From NCBI GenBank assembly GCA_963727445.1, contig CAVSGI010000027.1, positions 224,001 to 288,000 of the forward strand: DNA of 64,000 nucleotides, read 5' to 3'. The position numbers were made by a program, and so were the translations under genes. The notes beneath the pieces are model-generated. The model ran no database searches and was not told where the DNA came from. It saw only the letters and a program-made list of their open reading frames with translations. Positions 57,792 through 64,000 of the stretch are shown one piece after another. This DNA comes from an uncultured delta proteobacterium. Lineage in GTDB: Bacteria; Myxococcota_A; Polyangia; Polyangiales; B10-G4. The first letter of the stretch is position 1, and each line of letters opens with the position of its first letter.

Positions 57792-59393
57792 ATGGCGACC
57801 CAAGACGAGCTGAGGCGCTCGAGAGAGCAGCACGCACAGAACGAGCTGGGGGACGACCGCGCGAAGTGGTACCCGAACTGGCTCCGCGCGGACGATGCGC
57901 TCGAGGAAAAGCGCCGCACCCTCATGGAGAGCGTGAACGCCGAGAGCTTCGAGGGCTGGTCCTCCGAGGAGGAGCTCCCCGCGGACGCGCCGCTTTGGCC
58001 GGTCTACGGTCGGGTGATGGCGAAGCGCGGTCCCTTCCTGGTGGTGCAGACGCCCTACGGGCGCGTGCAGTGCTACTTCTCCAAGGACGTTCAGAAGGCC
58101 GGGCTCAAGGGCACGCTCAAGCGCACCGACGTCGGCGATCACGTCTGGGTCGAGGGCGCGAAGATCAAGACGCAGAAGGGCGACAAGGCCCTCGCCTGCC
58201 CCGGCCCCGAGCACTTTCGCCACGTGGCGAAGGCGATGCTGCCGCCGCCGGAGAAGTGGCACGGGCTCAAGGACGTCGAGAAGCGCTACCGCGAGCGCTA
58301 CGTCGACCTCTTCGCCAATCCCGAGGTCGCCGCGGTCTTCCGCGCGCGCAGCCGGATCGTCCAGGCGGCCCGGCGCTTCCTCGACGAGCGCGGCTTCCTC
58401 GAGGTGGAGACGCCGATGCTCCAGTCGGTGCGCGGCGGTGCGACGGCCAAGCCCTTCAACACGCATCACAACGCCCTCGACATCGATCTCTACCTGCGCA
58501 TCGCCCCGGAACTCTATCTCAAGCGCCTCGTCGTGGGCGGCTTCGACCGCGTCTACGAGATCGGTCGCAACTTCCGCAACGAAGGCATCAGCACCCGGCA
58601 CAACCCCGAGTTCACGATGCTGGAGTACTACGTCGCTTACGCGACGTACGAAGATCAGATGGAGCTCACCGAGGGGATCTTCGTCGCGGCCGACGCCGCG
58701 GTGCGCGCGGAGTTCCCGGAGCTGGCCAAGGACCGCACCTTCTCGCTGACGCACGGCTTCGCGCGCGTGCCGATGCGCCAGGCGATCCTGAAGGCCCTCG
58801 AGACGACGGACAGCCCGTGGAAGGGCACCTTCGACGAGGCCGCGCTCTACCGCGAGCCGGAGCGCCTCGCCGCGGCCTGCGAGACCGTCGCGCCGAAGCT
58901 CCCCGAAGCCGACCGCAAGGCCCTCGCCAAGTGCGAGAGCCACGGCGAGCGGGTGTTCCTGCTCTTCGAGCTCATCGCCGAGGGCGCCCTCGAAACGCTC
59001 TACCGCACGCCGGACGGGAGCGCGTCGGTGCCGGTCTTCATCACGGACTTCCCCTTCGAGGTCTCGCCCCTCGCCCGCAAGAACGACGAGGACCCGGCCT
59101 ACGTCGACCGCTTCGAGCTCTTCCTCGGGGGCCGCGAGCTGGCCAACGGCTTCAGCGAGCTGAACGACCCGGCGGACCAGGCGTCGCGCTTCGAGGACCA
59201 GCTGGCCGCCGCCGCGCGCGGTGAAGAAGAGACGATGGACTTCGACGCCGACTACATCAACGCGCTCGAGCACGGGATGCCCAACGCGGCTGGCTGCGGG
59301 ATCGGCATCGATCGTCTGGTGATGGCCCTCTGCGGCCAGCCGTCGATCCGCGACGTGCTGCTCTTCCCTCTGCTGCGTCCGGAAGTGGGATGA
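57792..59393 (+). CDS. lysS: Lysine--tRNA ligase (class II)
   Basis: [56 protein letters not shown]. Confidence 0.96.
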   Translation: MATQDELRRSREQHAQNELGDDRAKWYPNWLRADDALEEKRRTLMESVNAESFEGWSSEEELPADAPLWPVYGRVMAKRGPFLVVQTPYGRVQCYFSKDVQKAGLKGTLKRTDVGDHVWVEGAKIKTQKGDKALACPGPEHFRHVAKAMLPPPEKWHGLKDVEKRYRERYVDLFANPEVAAVFRARSRIVQAARRFLDERGFLEVETPMLQSVRGGATAKPFNTHHNALDIDLYLRIAPELYLKRLVVGGFDRVYEIGRNFRNEGISTRHNPEFTMLEYYVAYATYEDQMELTEGIFVAADAAVRAEFPELAKDRTFSLTHGFARVPMRQAILKALETTDSPWKGTFDEAALYREPERLAAACETVAPKLPEADRKALAKCESHGERVFLLFELIAEGALETLYRTPDGSASVPVFITDFPFEVSPLARKNDEDPAYVDRFELFLGGRELANGFSELNDPADQASRFEDQLAAAARGEEETMDFDADYINALEHGMPNAAGCGIGIDRLVMALCGQPSIRDVLLFPLLRPEVG

Positions 59394-59397
59394 AGTC

Positions 59398-61557
59398 GTG
59401 ACCGGACGTGCCCGGCAGGTGAGGCTCGGCTGGATCCCAGCCGTCTTCGTCGCGCTGACCCTTCTGTGGGTGCTCAGCACCAACTGGGTGGGTGTGCTCG
59501 TGTGGAGCCTGGCCACCGTGGTTGCCGTGCCGCTACCCACGCCGACATTGTTGCTCGGCGCGTTCCTCACGCTGGCGGCGCCGACGCTGGTCTTCGCTAC
59601 GCTGACCTTGAGACGGACGATCCGACTCGCGCCCGGCACACCGGGTCGCGGCCGGCTCCTCTCGCTCTCGATCTTCGGCCTCGCCGATGTCGTCGCGGTG
59701 AGTAGCTTCGTGGCCTTCTTCGCCCTCGCGCTGGGCGCCTACCAGCCCGACGGCTTCGGGGGGGGACCCAACCTCGACTCACTCCTGATGAACGTCGACG
59801 ACGTCAGCCGCATCGGCGCTGGCGTCGCCTTCGCCATCGCCTGCATCACCTACGGGCCCCTGGTGGTGAACCTCCTCGCGTGCTGGTTCCTGGTTCCCCT
59901 GCGCTATCGGGTGATCTTCTGGTGGTGTGTGGACATCCCGCTCACCGCAGCCTTCCTCGCGGTGAGCTACTACCTGCCGCTCGACCCGGTGACCGATGAG
60001 CTCGCCGACGTGGCCGCCCCCGCGCTGCGCCTCGCCGTGACCACCATCTTCGTTCTACGCGCGCTCGCCCGCCTGCTGCCGCCGGCCCTCGACCTGATCG
60101 AGCACGCCGGTTTCAACCCCCTCGTTGCCGCTCGTCATCTCCGGGCGAAGAAGAGCGGCTTTCTGACCGTGATCGGCGCCCTTTCCATCAGCGCCGTCAT
60201 GGTCGCGAGCGCCGCGCTCACGATGACCCTCTCGGTCATGGGCGGCTTCCGCAACGACCTGAAGAAGAAGATCCTCGGCAACAACGCCCACGTCGTGGTC
60301 GACAAGGAGCACGACACCTTCGATCGCTGGGTCCCGACGCTCAACGCAGTGCGCGAGGTCCAGGGCGTGCGCGCCGCCGCGCCTTACGTGAGCGGCGAGG
60401 TGATGGTCACCAGCGCCTCGAACCTCGCCGGCGCGGTCCTGCGCGGCATCGATCCCGAGAGCGCCTCGGAGGTGATCGACCTCGAGGCGAACCTGGTTCA
60501 CGGCCGCCTCGAATACCTGAAGGAGCCGCGACGCCTCCTCGACCTGCCGCCGGAGGAGACCCAGGGGCTGCACTCCTTCAACGTGCCCACGGTCATCATC
60601 GACGAAGAGAACGACGGATCCGAGCCTCCCGAGGACGACGACGGCGCGAGCCCGACGCGCGACGTCGAGGGGATGCTCGGCGAAGGGCCGAGCACCGACG
60701 AGCTCGACGAGCTCGAACGTTTGATCCGCGAGGGCCCCGATCCCATCGCTTCACCGCGCGAAGTGCTTCCCGGGATCATCGTCGGTCAAGAGCTCGCGCG
60801 CTCTCTTCGTCTGTACGTCGGAGACGAGGTCAACGTCGTGTCACCACTCGGCGAGCTGGGCCCGGCGGGGCCCATGCCGAAGGCGCGCCCGTTCCGCGTC
60901 GCGGGGATCTTCTACAGCGGCATGTACGAGTACGACATGAAGTACACGTACGTGATGCTCGAAACCGGCCAGCGCTTCCTCAACGTCGGCGACGAGATCA
61001 GCGGCATCGAGATCAAGGTGGACGACGTGGAACAGGCCGAAGAGACGGCGGAGCGCATCCAGGCGCGCATCGGGCGTCCGGATCTACGCGTTCAGGACTG
61101 GAAGGAGCTCAACAGCACCCTCTTCGGGGCGCTGCAGCTCGAGCGCCTGGCGATGTTCGTCTTCCTGGGCATCGCGATCCTGGTGGCCGGCTTCTGCGTC
61201 TTCGCCACGCTCACCCTGATGGTTCAGGAAAAGTCGTCGGAAATGGGGATATTGAAGGCGATGGGCGCCAGGCGGGGGGACGTCGTTCGGATATTCCTGG
61301 TCGAAGGCCTGCTGATAGGGATATTGGGGGCCGGGCTCGGCTGTGGGCTGGGCTACGTCGCCTGCTTCGCCGCCGAGCATTTCGGTGTCCGAATGAATCC
61401 CGAGGTCTACTACATCGACAAACTGCCGGTGCACATCGATCACGCCGAGTTCGTGGCGGTGGGCGTCGCCGCGGTCGTCGTCTGCGTCCTCGCCACCATC
61501 TTCCCCGCCGTCCTCGCCAGCCGCACCCGGCCGGTCGACGCGCTGAGGTACGACTGA
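59398..61557 (+). CDS. lolE: Lipoprotein-releasing ABC permease LolC/E with extra N-terminal membrane domain
   Basis: [69 protein letters not shown]. Confidence 0.85.
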   Translation: MTGRARQVRLGWIPAVFVALTLLWVLSTNWVGVLVWSLATVVAVPLPTPTLLLGAFLTLAAPTLVFATLTLRRTIRLAPGTPGRGRLLSLSIFGLADVVAVSSFVAFFALALGAYQPDGFGGGPNLDSLLMNVDDVSRIGAGVAFAIACITYGPLVVNLLACWFLVPLRYRVIFWWCVDIPLTAAFLAVSYYLPLDPVTDELADVAAPALRLAVTTIFVLRALARLLPPALDLIEHAGFNPLVAARHLRAKKSGFLTVIGALSISAVMVASAALTMTLSVMGGFRNDLKKKILGNNAHVVVDKEHDTFDRWVPTLNAVREVQGVRAAAPYVSGEVMVTSASNLAGAVLRGIDPESASEVIDLEANLVHGRLEYLKEPRRLLDLPPEETQGLHSFNVPTVIIDEENDGSEPPEDDDGASPTRDVEGMLGEGPSTDELDELERLIREGPDPIASPREVLPGIIVGQELARSLRLYVGDEVNVVSPLGELGPAGPMPKARPFRVAGIFYSGMYEYDMKYTYVMLETGQRFLNVGDEISGIEIKVDDVEQAEETAERIQARIGRPDLRVQDWKELNSTLFGALQLERLAMFVFLGIAILVAGFCVFATLTLMVQEKSSEMGILKAMGARRGDVVRIFLVEGLLIGILGAGLGCGLGYVACFAAEHFGVRMNPEVYYIDKLPVHIDHAEFVAVGVAAVVVCVLATIFPAVLASRTRPVDALRYD

Positions 61558-62393
61558 TGGCCCGCGACCTGGTCGTCGTCGAAGACCTCACCAAGGTCTT
61601 TCCTCACGGAGAGAAGGACGTCGAGGTCCTTCGGGGCATCGACCTCACGATCCAGGAGGGCGAGATGCTCACCATCGTCGGCAAGTCCGGCGCTGGGAAG
61701 AGCACGCTCTTGCACCTGCTCGGCACGCTGGATCTACCCACCTCCGGCCGCATCCTCTACGACGGCAAAGACGTCACGCGCTACTCGAGCAGCCGCCTCG
61801 CCGAGTTCCGGAACCAGACCATCGGCTTCGTCTTCCAGTTCCATCACCTCTTGCCCGAGTTCACCGCGCTCGAGAACGTGATGATGCCGGGGCTGATCCG
61901 CGGCGGTGCGCGCGGTCACCTCGAAAAGGACGCGCGCGCGCTCCTCGAAGAGGTCGGTCTGTCCCATCGCCTCACCCACCGCCCGGGCGAGCTCTCGGGA
62001 GGCGAGCAGCAGCGCGTCGCCCTCGCCCGCGCCCTGGTGATGAAGCCCCGGCTGATCCTCGCCGACGAGCCCACGGGCAACCTCGACACCACCACCTCCG
62101 ACTCCATCCACAAGCTCTTCTTCGATCTCAATCAGAGCCGCGGCCTGACCTTCCTCATCGTCACCCACAGCCGCGACCTCGCCGCGCGGATGCCCCGGGT
62201 GGTCACCATGCAGGACGGCAAGGTCTTCGCGGACGATCGACGTGTCGTGGGTGAAACCGCTGCCACGGACGAGGCCAACGCCCCCGAAAACGCCGAAGAA
62301 AGCCCGCCTTCCTCCGAGCCAGCGACCGCGGAGGCCGAGGCGCCCGACGAGCCCGCCCAGCCCGACAGCTCCGCTACGGGCGCGGGCGCTTGA
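61557..62393 (+). CDS. lolD: Lipoprotein-releasing ABC transporter ATPase
   Basis: [18 protein letters not shown] (LolD motif), [17 protein letters not shown]. Confidence 0.92.
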   Translation: MARDLVVVEDLTKVFPHGEKDVEVLRGIDLTIQEGEMLTIVGKSGAGKSTLLHLLGTLDLPTSGRILYDGKDVTRYSSSRLAEFRNQTIGFVFQFHHLLPEFTALENVMMPGLIRGGARGHLEKDARALLEEVGLSHRLTHRPGELSGGEQQRVALARALVMKPRLILADEPTGNLDTTTSDSIHKLFFDLNQSRGLTFLIVTHSRDLAARMPRVVTMQDGKVFADDRRVVGETAATDEANAPENAEESPPSSEPATAEAEAPDEPAQPDSSATGAGA

Positions 62394-62433
62394 CCCACGA
62401 CGGGGCCCTCGCTATAGCGCCGCGACCGTCGAA

Positions 62434-64000
62434 ATGGCCCGTCATTTCAACATCTACTGGCTGATCGCCGCCCTGTCCTTCGCGGCGCTCCCCGCCGTGG
62501 CGGAGGCCCAGGACGCGGGGGTGGCGGACGCTGGCGCCGGGGACGCTGGCGCGCCGGACGGCGGCGCCCGGGAAACGGATGGTGGAGCACCCGACGCCGG
62601 CCCGACCAACGGCGACGCGGGAACGGGAGAGGGAACGGGAGAGGGAACGGGAGAGGGAACGGGAGAGGGAACGGGAGAGGGAACGGGAGAGGGAACGGGA
62701 GAGGGAACGGGAGAGGGGGAGGCGCCGCCGGCGGGCGACGTGTACGAGCCCAACACCTCCGGCCCCACCACGCCGCAGACGATCTGCCAGGGACGGCGCA
62801 TCCGTCGCATCGTTGTCGACGGAGCGCGGCGCACGACCGACGACGACATCCTCGAGACGATGGAGCTTCGGCAGGGGATCCCCTGCACCGACACCGAAGT
62901 CGCAGCCGACGCCCGCGCGTTGTGGAACCAGGGCTTCTACGACGACATCATCTTCGAAGCGGCCGAGGTGCGCGAAGGCGTCATCGACCTCTTCGTGACC
63001 GTGCGCGAGCGGCGCGCGATCGGGCGCATCGTCTTCGAAGGAAACGACGAGGTCGACGAGGACGACATCGACGAGAAGGTCACGCTGCGCGAGGGCGAGG
63101 TGCTGTCGCTGCCCGACGTGCAGGATCAGCTCACCCGAATCCGCGACCTCTACGCAGAAAAGGGCTTCTTCCTCGCGCGCATCCGCTACGAGCTTCGCGA
63201 GCTGCCGAACAACGAAGCCGAGGTGAAGTTCGTCATCGACGAGGGCGAAGAGGTCACCGTTCGGCGCATCCGCTTCACCGGCAACCGCAACATCGACGGC
63301 AGCGAGCTGCGCGGCTTCATGCGCACCAGCGAGACGGGGTTCTTCTCCTTCATCTCGGACAACGACTCCTTCAACCCGGACTACTTCGAAGAGGACGTCA
63401 CCCGCCTTCAGGCCATCTACTACGACCGCGGCTACCTCTCGGTGAGCATCGGCACCCCGCGCATCGAGCTCACGCCGGACCGCAAGTCCATCGACATCAC
63501 CATCCCGATCGAGGAAGGGCCCCGCTTCAAGATCGGGCGGATGCGCATCACCGAGGTCGACGAAGACGGCGAGGAGGTGGACCCGCTGGGCGGCCGCCGC
63601 GCGCTGCGCGAGCAGATCGACGCGAACCCTGGCGAGTGGTTCAGCCGGAGCACCATCGCGCAGAATCTCATGGAGGTGACGCGCTACTACCGCGACCGCG
63701 GCTACGCGCTGGTCGAGATGGTGCCGCAGACCGACCTCGACATGCGCCGTCGGCGCGTGAACGTGATCATCTCCATCCGCCGCGGCCCGCCGGTCCGCAT
63801 CGAGCGCATCAACATCCGCGGCAACACCAAGACCCGCGACCAGGTCATCCGGCGCGAGATCACCATCGTGGAGGGCGACCTCTACAACATGACCCAGGTC
63901 GAGGTGAGCAAGGCGCGGATCACCGCCCTCGGCTACTTCGAGCGCGTGGACGTCTCCGAGGAGGAGGGGAGCCAGCGCGACCGCATCGTCCTCAACTTCG
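62434..64000 (+). CDS. bamA: Outer-membrane assembly factor BamA, N-terminal part (POTRA domains; runs off the window edge)
   Basis: Manual translation from ATG 62434: signal peptide ending AEA, low-complexity linker, then POTRA motifs (LWNQGFYDDI, DLYAEKGFF, IRFTGN, YYDRGY, INIRGNTKTRDQVIRRE, LGYFERV). Confidence 0.92.
   Translation, partial: MARHFNIYWLIAALSFAALPAVAEAQDAGVADAGAGDAGAPDGGARETDGGAPDAGPTNGDAGTGEGTGEGTGEGTGEGTGEGTGEGTGEGTGEGEAPPAGDVYEPNTSGPTTPQTICQGRRIRRIVVDGARRTTDDDILETMELRQGIPCTDTEVAADARALWNQGFYDDIIFEAAEVREGVIDLFVTVRERRAIGRIVFEGNDEVDEDDIDEKVTLREGEVLSLPDVQDQLTRIRDLYAEKGFFLARIRYELRELPNNEAEVKFVIDEGEEVTVRRIRFTGNRNIDGSELRGFMRTSETGFFSFISDNDSFNPDYFEEDVTRLQAIYYDRGYLSVSIGTPRIELTPDRKSIDITIPIEEGPRFKIGRMRITEVDEDGEEVDPLGGRRALREQIDANPGEWFSRSTIAQNLMEVTRYYRDRGYALVEMVPQTDLDMRRRRVNVIISIRRGPPVRIERINIRGNTKTRDQVIRREITIVEGDLYNMTQVEVSKARITALGYFERVDVSEEEGSQRDRIVLNF
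62619..62714 (+). repeat. 8 x 12-bp perfect tandem repeat GGGAACGGGAGA encoding (GTGE)n in BamA
   Basis: Directly visible; in frame with bamA. Confidence 0.92.

Overview
Very GC-rich bacterial chromosome segment with a gene repertoire typical of myxobacteria (Polyangiales/Sandaracinaceae-like; this is inferred from gene content). Left to right: a lipid-modification pair, a kinase-hydrolase fusion, a complete IS256-family element with an 8-bp target duplication, and an alternative complex III (act) operon that lacks actE and has four lesions in actB/actC. Then hisZ-purA, a thiolase/hbd/crt operon interrupted by a degenerate PEP-synthase/rifampin-phosphotransferase-like gene, meaB, tRNA-Val(CAC), a frameshifted S1-domain gene and an ECF sigma/anti-sigma pair. 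The right half holds a Haliangium-type bacterial microcompartment (BMC) operon with no signature enzyme, directly downstream of a globin-coupled stressosome (rsbRST-rsbX) and two-component genes, followed by the conserved prfB (programmed +1 frameshift)-lysS-lolC/E-lolD-bamA block. The most unusual signals are: (1) a ~104-106 bp nested-hairpin repeat family at two loci whose variation preserves GC-GNA-GC mini-hairpins, suggesting a structured single-stranded DNA element; (2) a heme-globin stressosome next to an orphan BMC operon; (3) the degenerate PPDK/RPH-like gene; (4) many apparently leaderless promoters. Several frameshifts may be sequencing errors.
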